DNA of 64,000 bases from contig CBDCPB010000004.1 of assembly GCA_965220125.1 (NCBI GenBank), positions 1,580,775-1,644,774 of the forward strand, written 5' to 3'. Source of the DNA: Dehalococcoidia bacterium (GTDB lineage Bacteria > Chloroflexota > Dehalococcoidia > UBA2979). Positions 48,808-59,365 of this stretch are shown here, piece by piece; position 1 is the stretch's first letter, and each line of letters starts with the position of its first letter. The position numbers and the translations under genes are program-made. Under the pieces are notes generated by a model. The model saw only the letters and a list, made by a program, of their open reading frames with translations, did no database searches and was not told the DNA's origin.

Positions 48808-49102
48808 CGAGACCCTGGTCGAGCACCGCGCGGACGCGGATGTAGTCGCCCTCGCGGTCGGGCGAGTTCGCGAGCACCTCGGAGACGTCCTGCGAGGGGC
48901 GAGGCTCGTCGGAACGCTCGACGTTGACGAGGGAGAACGACTGCGCCGTCGGCGGCACGCCGGAGGTGTCGATCGCGCTGAGCGCCTGGCAATGCCCGAG
49001 GATGCTCGACAGCTCGCCGCGGAGGCGCTCCGTCTCCTCGTCCGTGAGGGCGATGCGGGCGAGCCGGGCGATGTGGCGGACCTCGTCGCTGCTCAGATCC
49101 AC
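48800..49102 (-). CDS. gatC: Amidotransferase subunit C
   Basis: EVRHIARLARI...IDTSGVPPT...YIRVRAVL directly upstream of gatA. Confidence 0.93.
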   Translation of the reverse strand: MDLSSDEVRHIARLARIALTDEETERLRGELSSILGHCQALSAIDTSGVPPTAQSFSLVNVERSDEPRPSQDVSEVLANSPDREGDYIRVRAVLDQGLDG

Positions 49103-49375
49103 GGGAACCTCCGGCCGCCGCGCGGCGTCTGAATGAATGGCGGCGATTGCGCCTCGCGGGCCGTGTCGCCCGCTCTTCGCCCAATGAGTACGCACTATAT
49201 GTGCGGTCGGGCGCGTCGCACCACAGGATCGCGGTCCGGGGCAGCGGAACGCGCGGCAGGATTTGAACCGCCCCCGGTAGCCGCGGGGCGAGCGAAACGG
49301 ATACGATCGAGACGTGCGGAATCCTGACGCACCTGCAGGCAGCATGATCCGAAGCAGCAGCGCTGAGGGCTCCTC

Positions 49376-52300
49376 GTGACCCTCAGCCAGCGCGCCCGGC
49401 TGCGGCGGGCGCGCCGGCGCCGGCAAGCGCCCTCGGCGAACGGGGGCCACCACGTCGGCCGCTGGCTGCTGCTCTTCGTCGGCCTGTTCGCCGTGACGCT
49501 GATCGCGAGTGGCGCGGCGGCGGCCACGGGGGCGCTCTACGGCAAGCAGAAGTACGACGAGTTCATCGCCAACGTCGTGCCGCCGGAGGAACTGCTCGCC
49601 TCGCTGCCGCGCGGCGGAGCGCGCATCTACGACCGCAACGGCGTGCTGCTCTACGAGTTCGTCGACGAGTTCGGCGGACTGCGCCGGCCGGTACCGATCG
49701 AGGAGATCTCCGACTGGTTGATCGCCGCGACGATTGCGACCGAGGACGCGAGCTTCTACACGAACAACGGCCTCAACGTGCGCGGCCTCGCTCGCGCCGG
49801 CGTCGAGAACTTCAGCCCGTTCGGAGACACCGAGTTCCTCGAGGGCTCGGGTGGATCCTCGATCACGCAGCAGCTGGCCAAGAACGTCTACATCCCGAAG
49901 GAGCAGCGGACCGCGCGCACGGTGGAGCGCAAGCTGCGGGAGGCGGCGATCGCGCTCGAACTGACGGAGCGCTACGCGAAGGACCAGATCCTCGGGTGGT
50001 ACCTCAACTCGATCTCCTACGGCGGCATCTACGTCGGCATCCAGGCCGCATCCGAGGGCTACTTCGGCAAGCAGGCAAGCGAGCTCACACTCGCCGAGGC
50101 TGCGCTGCTGGCCGGCATCCCGCAGTCGCCCTCGCTCTACAACCCGCTGCAGAATCCCACCGCGGCGCTCATCCGCCAGCGCGTCGTGCTGGACCTGATG
50201 GTGCGCCACGGCTTGATCACCCCGGTCGAGGCCGCCGCGGCGCGGCGCGAGCAGCTCGTCTTCAAGGCCAATCGCTTCGACATCGAGGCGCCGCACTTCG
50301 TGCTCGGCCGCATCGCCGAGGAGATCACGCTGCGCTTCGGCGAGCGCGCCCTCTACGAGGACGGCCTCGAGGTCGTCACGACCCTCGATCTCGCCCTGCA
50401 GCACGAGGCGCAGCGCATCCTGGAACGCCGCATCGCCGATGTGGAGGAGGATGTCGAGGGCCACAACGGCGCGTTCTACGCCCTGGACCCACACACGGGC
50501 CAGATCCTCGTCTACGTCGGGAGCCGCGACTACTTCCGCGAGGACATCGAGGGCCGCAACGACAACGTGATCGCGGAGAACTCGCCGGGATCGACACTGA
50601 AGCCGTTCACCTACATGTCCGCCTTCATGAAGGGCTGGAGCACGGGCGCGGGCATCCTCGACACGCCCGTCAAGGTGATTGACGCGGCGACCGGCGAGTT
50701 CTTCGAGCCGACCAACCCGGGCGGCGGCTTCGTCGGCACGATCAGCGCCGCGGACGCCCTCGGCAACTCGCTCAACATCCCGGCGTTCAAGACGATCCAG
50801 TTCGCCGGCGTCGGTGACACCACGACACTGATGCGGCAGGTGGGGCTGACCACGCTCGACTCGACGCGCGGCTACGGCCCGGCGCTCACGCTCGGCGGCG
50901 CGGACATCACCCTCGAGGATCTGACGTACGCCTACAGCGTGCTCGCCAACGGGGGCGTGATGCGCGGGCAGGAGGCGCTGGAGCCGCATGGCGCGGGCGA
51001 GCGCCCGCTCGATCCGGTCGCGCTGCTGCGCGTCACCGACGCCGAGGGCACGGTGCTCTACGACTTCCAGGCGCCGTCCGAGCGTCGCGTGGTCGGGGAG
51101 AACTTCGCCTACCTCGTGACCTCGATCATCTCGGACCCGGACACGCAGTGCATCATCTTCGGCTGCGGGAGGCTGGAACTGGAGGACCGGCCGTCGGCGA
51201 AGAAGACCGGGACGAGCGAGCCCTTCGAGGACTCGAAGGAGATCGGCGAGACCTGGACCTTCGGCTACACACCAGACCTCGTCGCCGGGATCTGGGCGGG
51301 CAACTCCGACAACTCGCCGATGGTGAACATCTTCTCGACGACGATCGCCTGGCGCGCCTGGCGCGACTTCATGGAGTACGCGCACCCGTACTACGGCCTG
51401 GAGCCGAAGAACTTCGTTCAGCCGCCCGGCATCGAGTCGCGCGAGCTGTGCTGGCCCTCCGGCCAGCTTCCCAGCGCGCTCTGCCCGGAGATCTATCGCT
51501 ACAACGGCCTCTACGCCCTGGACGTGCTCGCGACGCAAGAGGTGGAGGCGTTGCAGGACGACTGGTGGCAGGTGATCGAGCTCGACTCCCGCAGCGGGCT
51601 GCGCGCGACGCCGGATACCCCTGCGGCCTTCGTCACCCGCGAGCTGCGGCTCGTGCTTCCCGAGGAGGAGATCGAAGAGTGGGATGACATCGCCGGGTGG
51701 GCCCGGCAATACGGCGTCACACACCTGCTCGCCCCCTCCCACGACAGCGCCGCCGCGGCCGACCTGCTCCGGGTCTCCTCGCCCGCGGCAGGACAGACGG
51801 TCTCCGGCTCGGTGGAGGTGATCGGGCGCGCCGATTCGCCCGACCTCGAGCGCTGGGTGGTGGAGTGGGGCCGCGGCGCCAACCCGCCCTCCTGGGTCGC
51901 GTTTGCGAGTTCGACGCAGGTGCTCGCGGACGGCGCGCTGGCGAGCTGGGACACGACGCGGCTGGCGGACGGCGCCTACACGCTGCGCGTGCGCCTCGAG
52001 GACTCGGAGCTGGGCGCGCTGCGCTTCGAGGTTCCGGTCGTCATCGACAACGATCAGGCCGCGGCTCAGCAGGACGCCGCGCCGATCGCGCGAATCACCA
52101 GACCGACGATGGACCAGGTGGTGAGCGGCAACGTGCCGATCGACGGCTTCGCCTCCTCCGGCCGGTTCGAGGGCTTGGTGATCGAGGTGGGCGCAGGCGC
52201 CCAGCCGGACAGCTGGAGCGAGGAAGACAGCTCCGGGACGCCCGCCATCAGCGGCGCGCTCACCTATTGGGACACGACCGGCCTCAGCAACGGGATCTAC

Positions 52301-52384
52301 ACGATCCGGCTCACCGTCAGCGACGAACAGTTTGGTGATGCCGTCGCGACCGTGCGGGTGCGGGTCGACAACGGCGCCGAATGA
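49376..52384 (+). CDS. Class A penicillin-binding protein (transglycosylase + transpeptidase) with two C-terminal Ig-like repeats
   Basis: TEDASF, GSSITQQLAKN, RKLRE, YLN; SxxK (STLK), SxN (SLN), KTG; repeated 'VSG.V...G.A...WDTT.L..G.YT.R..'. Confidence 0.9.
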   Translation: MTLSQRARLRRARRRRQAPSANGGHHVGRWLLLFVGLFAVTLIASGAAAATGALYGKQKYDEFIANVVPPEELLASLPRGGARIYDRNGVLLYEFVDEFGGLRRPVPIEEISDWLIAATIATEDASFYTNNGLNVRGLARAGVENFSPFGDTEFLEGSGGSSITQQLAKNVYIPKEQRTARTVERKLREAAIALELTERYAKDQILGWYLNSISYGGIYVGIQAASEGYFGKQASELTLAEAALLAGIPQSPSLYNPLQNPTAALIRQRVVLDLMVRHGLITPVEAAAARREQLVFKANRFDIEAPHFVLGRIAEEITLRFGERALYEDGLEVVTTLDLALQHEAQRILERRIADVEEDVEGHNGAFYALDPHTGQILVYVGSRDYFREDIEGRNDNVIAENSPGSTLKPFTYMSAFMKGWSTGAGILDTPVKVIDAATGEFFEPTNPGGGFVGTISAADALGNSLNIPAFKTIQFAGVGDTTTLMRQVGLTTLDSTRGYGPALTLGGADITLEDLTYAYSVLANGGVMRGQEALEPHGAGERPLDPVALLRVTDAEGTVLYDFQAPSERRVVGENFAYLVTSIISDPDTQCIIFGCGRLELEDRPSAKKTGTSEPFEDSKEIGETWTFGYTPDLVAGIWAGNSDNSPMVNIFSTTIAWRAWRDFMEYAHPYYGLEPKNFVQPPGIESRELCWPSGQLPSALCPEIYRYNGLYALDVLATQEVEALQDDWWQVIELDSRSGLRATPDTPAAFVTRELRLVLPEEEIEEWDDIAGWARQYGVTHLLAPSHDSAAAADLLRVSSPAAGQTVSGSVEVIGRADSPDLERWVVEWGRGANPPSWVAFASSTQVLADGALASWDTTRLADGAYTLRVRLEDSELGALRFEVPVVIDNDQAAAQQDAAPIARITRPTMDQVVSGNVPIDGFASSGRFEGLVIEVGAGAQPDSWSEEDSSGTPAISGALTYWDTTGLSNGIYTIRLTVSDEQFGDAVATVRVRVDNGAE

Positions 52385-52406
52385 CGGACCGCCACCAATC
52401 GGGCCG

Positions 52407-53597
52407 CTACTGCGAGCGCCCCGCCGGGGCCTCCAGCAACGCCTCCACCTCGGCCCGGGTCGTCACGCCGCGCACGAGTTCGAGGAAGCGCGCGAGCGAA
52501 CCGGCGCGCTCGCGCAGCTCGCGCAACTGGTCGCCAAGCGGGTCCACCGCGTCGGCGCGGGCGGCGTACGTGCCGAACCAGGCGAAGTACGCCTGGTTGA
52601 TGCGGCGGATCGAGATACCGTGATCCGCGAGCATCAGCCGCACCTCCTCCATCCGCCGCTCGGCATCCTCCACCTTGCCCTGCTCGAGCAGCGCGTCCAC
52701 CTCCAGGCGCAGCGCGCGCAGCACGATGGCGCGGTCGATGTCCGGCGCCGGGGCGGACGCGGGAGCGGGCGCGAGAGGCGGCGTCGGGTCGCCGAAGCGC
52801 TCGATCACGGCGTCGCGCAACTCCCGGCCGACGAGGCTGGCGACGGTCTCGTTGATCGTCTGCGCGTCGTCGTCCGTGAAGTAGGCGCGCCCGAGCGGAT
52901 AGAAGGTGAGGTAGTGGTGCACCCACTCGTGCGCCGCCGTGCCGACCGCGCCGCGGTAGCTGCTCGCATCGCTGACGATCGCGGGGTAGAACGCCACGCC
53001 GCCCGTCGGCGCCACGAAGGCGGCGATCGAGGCGTCGCGCTCCTCCGCCTCCCGCTCGATCTCGAGCAACTCGTCGCGTCCGAGGTCGAACTGCAGGACG
53101 CGCTGTTCCTGGCGGCGGATCTCGGTGCGCGGCGAGATCACCAGCACGTGCGGCGAGGCGGTCAGCTCGATGTCCAGCGGCGGCCAGACCTTGAGCGCGC
53201 CCGGCAGCGGCAGCGGGAAACTCAGCCCCTGCTCCCGGACCGCGGCGTCAACGCGGCCCTCGATCGCGGCCTCGGCGACGTTCTCGAGGCGCCGCCCCTC
53301 GGCATCGCGGCGGTCGCCGAGCGCGAACCAGGCAGCGAGCGCCTCGTCCGGCTGCGGGTCGTCGCGCAGCGGCGCGCCGGCGGCGAACAGCCACTTGTTG
53401 GCGAGGGCGCCCAGCTCCCAGCGAACGAGCTGCGCGACGCCGAACTCCTCGTGCGCTTCCGCCTCGCGCAGCGCGAACAGCGCGGCCCAGAGCAGGAAGG
53501 CCGCGAGCAGGACCACAGCGAACGCCGCGAACGAGGTCGCCGAGGCGCCCGCTTGCCTCGCCACCGGGACGTCAGCCGGTTGAGCGCTCGATCTCAC
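52407..53597 (-). CDS. Membrane-anchored zincin-like (aminopeptidase-like) protein
   Basis: N-terminal TM; AHEWVHH...NETVA gluzincin-like motif; start uncertain. Confidence 0.65.
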   Translation of the reverse strand: MRSSAQPADVPVARQAGASATSFAAFAVVLLAAFLLWAALFALREAEAHEEFGVAQLVRWELGALANKWLFAAGAPLRDDPQPDEALAAWFALGDRRDAEGRRLENVAEAAIEGRVDAAVREQGLSFPLPLPGALKVWPPLDIELTASPHVLVISPRTEIRRQEQRVLQFDLGRDELLEIEREAEERDASIAAFVAPTGGVAFYPAIVSDASSYRGAVGTAAHEWVHHYLTFYPLGRAYFTDDDAQTINETVASLVGRELRDAVIERFGDPTPPLAPAPASAPAPDIDRAIVLRALRLEVDALLEQGKVEDAERRMEEVRLMLADHGISIRRINQAYFAWFGTYAARADAVDPLGDQLRELRERAGSLARFLELVRGVTTRAEVEALLEAPAGRSQ

Positions 53598-53647
53598 CAG
53601 GGATCCAGCGTAATCGTTGACCGGATGCCGTCGTATAGTCGGAGCCG

Positions 53648-54202
53648 ATGAGCAGCGACGGCGGCGAGCGGCGGGCGGGGCTGCTCGTGCGGCTGTTCGC
53701 CGTCGTGGTCGATTTCGTGACGCTGCTGCTGCCGCTCGTGGCCGGGCTGGCCGTGGCGTTCGCCTGGCTGCTGGTCCGCAGTTCGGCCGGCCGCTACGAC
53801 GCGGAGACGGGAGACACGCTGATCGCCGCCTCACTGGTCGGAGCGACCATTCCCGCATGGACAGCCTGGCAAGGCACGCGGCTCTACCGTCTCGGCGCGA
53901 CGTTCGGCCAGGCGCGTTTCGGCCTCGCCGTCGAGGGCGCCCCGTGGCGGCGCACGCTGCGACTGCTGGCGCATCCGCTTTCGATGCCGCTCTGGACGTG
54001 GCTGGTGCTCACGCTGCTCATCGCGGGTGCACCGCCCTGGTGGCTGCTCGTGCCGCCCCTCGCCTGGCTGGCGCTTCTCATCTGGGGGCTGGCGAAGGTA
54101 GTGACGGACGCATGGCAGGAGCGCTCCTGGCGCGCAGTGCTGCGCGGCAAGCCGCTGCCGCACGACTGGCTGGTCAAGACGCGCCTGGTGCGGCGCCCAT
54201 GA
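53648..54202 (+). CDS. RDD-like membrane protein
   Basis: R..A..VD, G.TFG....GL, HDWLVKTRLV. Confidence 0.6.
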   Translation: MSSDGGERRAGLLVRLFAVVVDFVTLLLPLVAGLAVAFAWLLVRSSAGRYDAETGDTLIAASLVGATIPAWTAWQGTRLYRLGATFGQARFGLAVEGAPWRRTLRLLAHPLSMPLWTWLVLTLLIAGAPPWWLLVPPLAWLALLIWGLAKVVTDAWQERSWRAVLRGKPLPHDWLVKTRLVRRP

Positions 54203-55122
54203 GCCACATCGATCCACCCGCGCGGAGGGAGACGGCCCCGGTGGTGAGCAGGGGCGGTCCCTGGAACGCGATCCCGGACCCCTTCGACGAGTTCAGCGCG
54301 ACCGCCGGCATCCGGGACTTCGCCTTCGGCGCGGCCAGCCTGCTGCTCATCGCCGCGCTCACCGCCTGGCTCGCCGCCTTCAGCCTCGCGCAGGCCACCA
54401 CTCCCGAGACCGCACTGCCCGCCATCAGGCGCGCGGTGATCGTGATCACCGGCATCGACGGCCTGCTCGACGTGCACGCCGCGGACCTCGAGGAGCAGGC
54501 GAGCAGCGGCGAGCCGATCACCGTGCCCGGCTACTCCCTCGACGTGTCCGTCCCCGCAGCAGACGTGACCAGCGGCGCTGGCGCCCTCGATCGACAGCTG
54601 CTGCGCGACGAGATCGTCGAGCGCAGCACGCTGCTGATCCGCGAGGAGGGCCTCGCCGCCTTCCGCGACCCCGACGGCGAGGTCACGGCGCCCTCGCGCT
54701 TCTCGAGTGCCGGGCTGATCGACCAGCTGATCGTGCGCCTCCGGGAGAGCGAGCACGACCGCTGGAGCTCACTCCTTACGCCGCTCGGCTACGCCTCGCT
54801 GGCGCTGGCGGCGGCGGTGCTGCTGCTGGGCGTGGGCTTCACTCGGCTGATCCGCCTCGGCGGCGCGATCCTGATTCCGGGAGCGCTCGTGCTCGTCGGG
54901 GCGCTGCTGATCCGCTTCGTGTTCGGCCTGCTCGGAGACGACGGCGCGATTGGTGACGAGGCGCGCGCGATCGCGAACACGCTCGCCGGCGCTCCGATCC
55001 GCAACGGGCTGCTGATGCTGATCGGCGGATTGGCTATCTATCTCCCCGCGCTCGCGCTCGACCGCCTCTTCGAGAGCTCCGACCGGCGCTCCGCCCGCCG
55101 CGCCGCCAGAGTCGACCAGTAG
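54199..55122 (+). CDS. Hypothetical membrane protein
   Basis: ATGA overlap with the upstream gene; four hydrophobic segments. Confidence 0.7.
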   Translation: MSHIDPPARRETAPVVSRGGPWNAIPDPFDEFSATAGIRDFAFGAASLLLIAALTAWLAAFSLAQATTPETALPAIRRAVIVITGIDGLLDVHAADLEEQASSGEPITVPGYSLDVSVPAADVTSGAGALDRQLLRDEIVERSTLLIREEGLAAFRDPDGEVTAPSRFSSAGLIDQLIVRLRESEHDRWSSLLTPLGYASLALAAAVLLLGVGFTRLIRLGGAILIPGALVLVGALLIRFVFGLLGDDGAIGDEARAIANTLAGAPIRNGLLMLIGGLAIYLPALALDRLFESSDRRSARRAARVDQ

Positions 55123-55264
55123 GACGGCGGAGCGGCGAGCGACACCCGCGGGCGCGGCTCTGACCGCTGGCGTGCCGCAGCCGCCCCGGCTAGGCTGACG
55201 CGCGACGCCTCGACGGGTCCGGCAGTCTGGACGGGAACGCAGCCTTGAACACCGCGAGCTACCG

Positions 55265-56326
55265 ATGAGCGCGACACGTACGCCCCGCGAATGGCGCAAG
55301 CCGCTGGCGCTCGGCGCACCCACGCCGCCCAACGAAATCCCCGTCACGCCGACGCGGATGCTGCACTTCTTCGACCCCTCCAACGAGCGCATGCGCGCGC
55401 GCGTCGCGGGCATGGCCGCCCAGGTCGACGTACTGGTCGGCAATCTCGAGGACGCGATCCCGTCCGACAAGAAGCTCGAAGCGCGCGCCGGGCTGATCGA
55501 GGTCGGCCAGAGCGGCGACCTCGGCGAGACGGCGCTGTGGACGCGCGTGAACAGCCTCGACAGCCCCTGGGTGCTCGACGACTTGATCGAGCTGACGGCC
55601 GCGCTCGGCGACCGCCTCGAGGTGATCATGCTGCCCAAGGTCACGGGGCCGTGGGACATCCACTACGCGGACCAGTTGCTCGCGCAGCTGGAGGGGAAGC
55701 ACGGGATCACGCGGCCCTACCTGATCCACGCCGTGCTGGAGACCGCGGGCGGCGTCAACCTCGTGAAGGAGATCGCGCAGGCGAGCCCGCGCGTGCAGGG
55801 CATGAGCCTCGGACCTGCCGACCTCGCCGCCTCGCGGCGGATGAAGACCACGCGCGTCGGCGGCGGCCACCCGGGCTACCTCGTGCGCAGCGATCCCGTC
55901 CCCGATGACGACGAGGCTCCGCGCCCGACGGCGCAGCAGGATCTCTGGCACTACACGCTCGCGCGCATGGTCGACGCCTGCGTCGAGGCGGGCGCGCTGC
56001 CCTACTACGGGCCGTTCGGGGACATCGCGGACCCGCTGGCCTGCGAGGACCAGTTCCGAGGCGCGTTCCTGATGGGCTGCGTGGGCGCCTGGACGCTGCA
56101 CCCCAACCAGATCGAGATCGCCAGGCGCGTCTTCAGCCCTCCGCCGGACGAGGTCGCCTTCGCCCGCCGCATCGTCGAGGTGATGGGCGACGGCTCCGGC
56201 GTGGTCATGCTGGACGGCAAGATGCAGGACGACGCGACCTACAAGCAGGCCCTCGTGATGCTCGACCTCGCGGAGCTGCTGGCCTCCAAGGATCCGGAGC
56301 TGGCGGAGGCCTACGGGCTGGAGTAG
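55265..56326 (+). CDS. mcl: Malyl-CoA/beta-methylmalyl-CoA lyase (CitE-like family)
   Basis: [52 protein letters not shown] recognised from Chloroflexus aurantiacus Mcl. Confidence 0.88.
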   Translation: MSATRTPREWRKPLALGAPTPPNEIPVTPTRMLHFFDPSNERMRARVAGMAAQVDVLVGNLEDAIPSDKKLEARAGLIEVGQSGDLGETALWTRVNSLDSPWVLDDLIELTAALGDRLEVIMLPKVTGPWDIHYADQLLAQLEGKHGITRPYLIHAVLETAGGVNLVKEIAQASPRVQGMSLGPADLAASRRMKTTRVGGGHPGYLVRSDPVPDDDEAPRPTAQQDLWHYTLARMVDACVEAGALPYYGPFGDIADPLACEDQFRGAFLMGCVGAWTLHPNQIEIARRVFSPPPDEVAFARRIVEVMGDGSGVVMLDGKMQDDATYKQALVMLDLAELLASKDPELAEAYGLE

Positions 56327-56450
56327 CGCGCTCGGGGCTCGTCGCTCCCAGCCTCCTTCGCCAGCGCGCTCCGCACCCCCACCCCTGCCCCCGTAGCCCG
56401 CGCCGTGGCATAGTGCGCGTCGAGGCGAGACTGGACCGGAGGAGCGGCAG

Positions 56451-57665
56451 ATGCGCTTCTACGAGCACGAGGCGAAGGAACTGCTGGCGCGGCACGGCGT
56501 TCCGCTGCCGCAGCGCCGCGTCGCCCTCGACGCCGCGGAGGCCGCCAGCGCCGCGAGCGACCTCGGCGGGGCCGTCGTGCTCAAGTCGCAGGTGCTCAGC
56601 GGCGGGCGGATGAAGGCCGGGGGCGTCCGCTTCGCCGACACGCCCGAGGAAGCCGCCGCGGCCGCCGAGGCGATCCTCGGCATCGAGATCAACGGGCAGC
56701 AGCCGATGGGCGTGCTCGTCGAGGAGCGCGGCGCGGTCGAGCAGGAATACTACGCCGCCGTCACCTGGGACGCCGCCGCGCGCCGCCCGGTGGTGATCTT
56801 CAGCGACATGGGCGGCATCGACATCGAGGAGGTCGCGGAGCAGCACCCCGAGCACCTCTCGCGCACGCACCTCTCCAACCTGCGCCCCGTCTCGGACTTC
56901 GAGGCGAAGCTGGCGGTCTCGCGCACCGGGGTGACGGGCAACGACCTCAACCGCCTCAGCCGCATCGTCGGCGCGCTCGTGCAGGTCTTCCTCGCGTACG
57001 ACCTGACGCTCGCCGAGATCAACCCGATCGGCCGCCTCGCCGGGGGCGCCTTCGTCGCCCTCGACTCGCACATCGACATGGAGGAGGAGGCGCGCGGCAC
57101 GCACGCGCGGCTGCTCGCCGAGCTCGGCATCCCCGAGGAGGACACGCGCCAGGCGCGCCCGCCGACACCGTTCGAGATCGCCGGCGCGCAGGTGGACGCC
57201 GCGGACACCCGCGGCGTCGCCGGTCGCGTCGTCGAGTTCGACGGCAACCTCGGACTGATCATCGGCGCGGGCGGAGGCTCGCTGACGCTCTTCGACGCGG
57301 TGCGCGCGGCCGGCGGCAGTCCCGCGAACTACTGCGAGATCGGCGGCAACCCCTCGGTGGCGAAGGCCGCCGCGCTGACGAAGCTGGTGATGTCCAAGCC
57401 CGGTGTCGAGAAGATCGCCGTGATGATGAACGTCGTCTCCAACACCCGCGTCGACATCATGGCGCGCGGCGTGATCAAGGGCGTGATCGAGGCCGGACGC
57501 GACCCCGCCGAGGCGATCGCGATCTTCCGCATCCCCGGCTCCTGGGAGGACGAGGGCGTCAAGATCCTCGAACGCTACGGCGTCGAGTACGTGGACCGCT
57601 CCGTCTCGATGCACGAGGCGGCGCAGCGCGCGGTCGAGAAGGCCGCCGGACGGACGGACGGGTAA
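56451..57665 (+). CDS. ADP-forming acyl-CoA ligase beta subunit (SucC/MtkA/citryl-CoA synthetase-like)
   Basis: YEHEAKELL, K.QV..GGR.KAGG, GGIDIE ATP-grasp; atypical GAGGGS and PANYCEIGGNP. Confidence 0.85.
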   Translation: MRFYEHEAKELLARHGVPLPQRRVALDAAEAASAASDLGGAVVLKSQVLSGGRMKAGGVRFADTPEEAAAAAEAILGIEINGQQPMGVLVEERGAVEQEYYAAVTWDAAARRPVVIFSDMGGIDIEEVAEQHPEHLSRTHLSNLRPVSDFEAKLAVSRTGVTGNDLNRLSRIVGALVQVFLAYDLTLAEINPIGRLAGGAFVALDSHIDMEEEARGTHARLLAELGIPEEDTRQARPPTPFEIAGAQVDAADTRGVAGRVVEFDGNLGLIIGAGGGSLTLFDAVRAAGGSPANYCEIGGNPSVAKAAALTKLVMSKPGVEKIAVMMNVVSNTRVDIMARGVIKGVIEAGRDPAEAIAIFRIPGSWEDEGVKILERYGVEYVDRSVSMHEAAQRAVEKAAGRTDG

Positions 57666-57669
57666 CCCA

Positions 57670-58587
57670 ATGTCCATCCTGATCGACGCCGACAGCACCT
57701 TCATCATCCAGGGCATCACCGGCCGCGAGGCCGTGACGATGACCCGCGAGCTGCTCGACTACGGCGCGCGCGTCGTGGGCGGCGTGACGCCCGGCCGCAA
57801 GGGCCGCGACGTGCACGGCGTGCCCGTCGAGGACACCGTGCGCGCGCTCGCGGAGCAGACGCGCGTGGACGGCTCGATCGTCGCGGTGCCGCCCGCCTTC
57901 GCGGCCGACGCCGTGCTCGAGGCGATCGAGGCGGGCGTGAAGCTGATCGTGGTCGTGACGGAGCGCATCCCGCGCGCGCAGGTCGCGCGCGCCATCGAGT
58001 ACGCCTCGCAGGAGGGCGCGCGGATCATCGGCCCCAACTGCCTGGGGCTGATCTCGCCGGGCAAGTCGAAGATGGGCGGCATCGGCGGGGCCGCCGACGC
58101 CACCCGCCGCGCCTTCCAGCCCGGCGTCGTCGGCGTGATGTCGCGATCCGGCGGCATGACGACGGAGATCGCGAACGCGCTCTCCGAGGCCGGCCTCGGC
58201 GTCTCGACCGCCGTCTCGATCGGCGGCGACGCGATGATCGGCTCCACCTACGCCGAGCTGATGCCACTGTTCGAGGCCGACGCGGAAACACAGGGCATCG
58301 CGATCTACTCGGAGCCGGGCGGGCCGATGGAGGCGCAGCTTGCGGCGCACATCGCCGAGCACGGCTCGCGGCTGCCTGTCGTGGCGTTCATGGCGGGGCG
58401 CTTCATGGACGAGATGCCCGGCATGCGCTTCGGCCACGCCGGCACGATCGTCGAGGGCCGCGCCGACACGACCGCCGACAAGATCGCGCGCCTCGAGGCG
58501 GCCGGCATCGCCGTCGCCGAGCGCATCGAGGAGATCCCGGCGCTGCTGCGCGAGCGACTGGACGCCTCGGACGGGGGAGCAGCGTAG
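57670..58587 (+). CDS. ADP-forming acyl-CoA ligase alpha subunit (SucD-like)
   Basis: QGITG, GPNCLG, SRSGG, SIGGD, FGHAG phospho-His. Confidence 0.9.
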   Translation: MSILIDADSTFIIQGITGREAVTMTRELLDYGARVVGGVTPGRKGRDVHGVPVEDTVRALAEQTRVDGSIVAVPPAFAADAVLEAIEAGVKLIVVVTERIPRAQVARAIEYASQEGARIIGPNCLGLISPGKSKMGGIGGAADATRRAFQPGVVGVMSRSGGMTTEIANALSEAGLGVSTAVSIGGDAMIGSTYAELMPLFEADAETQGIAIYSEPGGPMEAQLAAHIAEHGSRLPVVAFMAGRFMDEMPGMRFGHAGTIVEGRADTTADKIARLEAAGIAVAERIEEIPALLRERLDASDGGAA

Positions 58588-58589
58588 CC

Positions 58590-58805
58590 ATGGCGATGTT
58601 CATCCGCGTCGACATCGACGACTCCGTACAGCAGGACGCAGACCTGCGCGCGCGCCTCGCCGAGGTCTGCCCCGTCGACATCTTCGCCCTCGAGGGCGAA
58701 CGCCTCGAAACCGTCGAGTCCAACCTCGACGAGTGCACCCTCTGCGACCTCTGCATCGAGGCCGCGGGCGACGCGGTGCGGGTGGTCAAGCTGTACGAGG
58801 AGTGA
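58590..58805 (+). CDS. Ferredoxin-like protein
   Basis: CPVDIF...CTLCDLC (single 4Fe-4S site). Confidence 0.8.
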   Translation: MAMFIRVDIDDSVQQDADLRARLAEVCPVDIFALEGERLETVESNLDECTLCDLCIEAAGDAVRVVKLYEE

Positions 58806-58936
58806 GGGCGGGCGCGCGGCGGCGCCCCTGACCTGTCTCGTGTGGGACTTGCGAGTACGTATGCCCCATGCACCACGGCTCATGCCGCAACGAGGATGAC
58901 AACGGCGAATTCGAAGCTAGTCATTCCGGCGCGCGG

Positions 58937-59362
58937 TCAAGGGCGGTGCGCAGCACCGGTGTGCTCGGCGCGGAGTTCGGCCTCGTGTGTGGCAAGGGCA
59001 TGCGCGATGACGAAGATCAACATCTGCGTCGTCCTCGGGAGTTCCTCCGCCGTGCCGCGCACCTCGAAGCTCTCATCGAGCGTCCGGCCCGCGAACGCCT
59101 TGAGCTCCGTGAGCGCAGGGATGGTCACACGTGACAGGGCCCTGCTGCCGGCGAAGGCACGACTGAGCCCGTGCACCTCTATGCCGACGACGTTACCGCC
59201 GTCCTCGCGCAGGTAGATGCCGCCGTCGACCTCGAGCGTGAAGGCGCTGCGGCGCTCGTTGATGTGGATGCACGCGATATCGTCATCCCGCCCCCAGTAG
59301 GAGAAGATGATCGCGCGGATCATCTGCGGGTCGAAGGTTGGCGTGAGCACGTCGGTTTCCAT
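58937..59362 (-). CDS. Hypothetical protein, DUF2283-like N-terminus (possible antitoxin)
   Basis: DDIACIH...TLEVDGGIYLR...NVVGIEV. Confidence 0.65.
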   Translation of the reverse strand: METDVLTPTFDPQMIRAIIFSYWGRDDDIACIHINERRSAFTLEVDGGIYLREDGGNVVGIEVHGLSRAFAGSRALSRVTIPALTELKAFAGRTLDESFEVRGTAEELPRTTQMLIFVIAHALATHEAELRAEHTGAAHRP

Positions 59363-59365
59363 GGC

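Noticed and set aside
49191-49205. Palindrome CGCAC-TATAT-GTGCG as an NrdR box
   Set aside because: Only a partial match, single copy, and the flanking genes (gatC, PBP) are not nucleotide-reduction genes; it may be another operator
48800-51742. 980-aa minus-strand ORF and similar long antisense ORFs (e.g. 15942-18371, 18585-21158, 23157-26114)
   Set aside because: Shadow frames of well-supported high-GC genes; only the last ~100 codons of this ORF are real (gatC)
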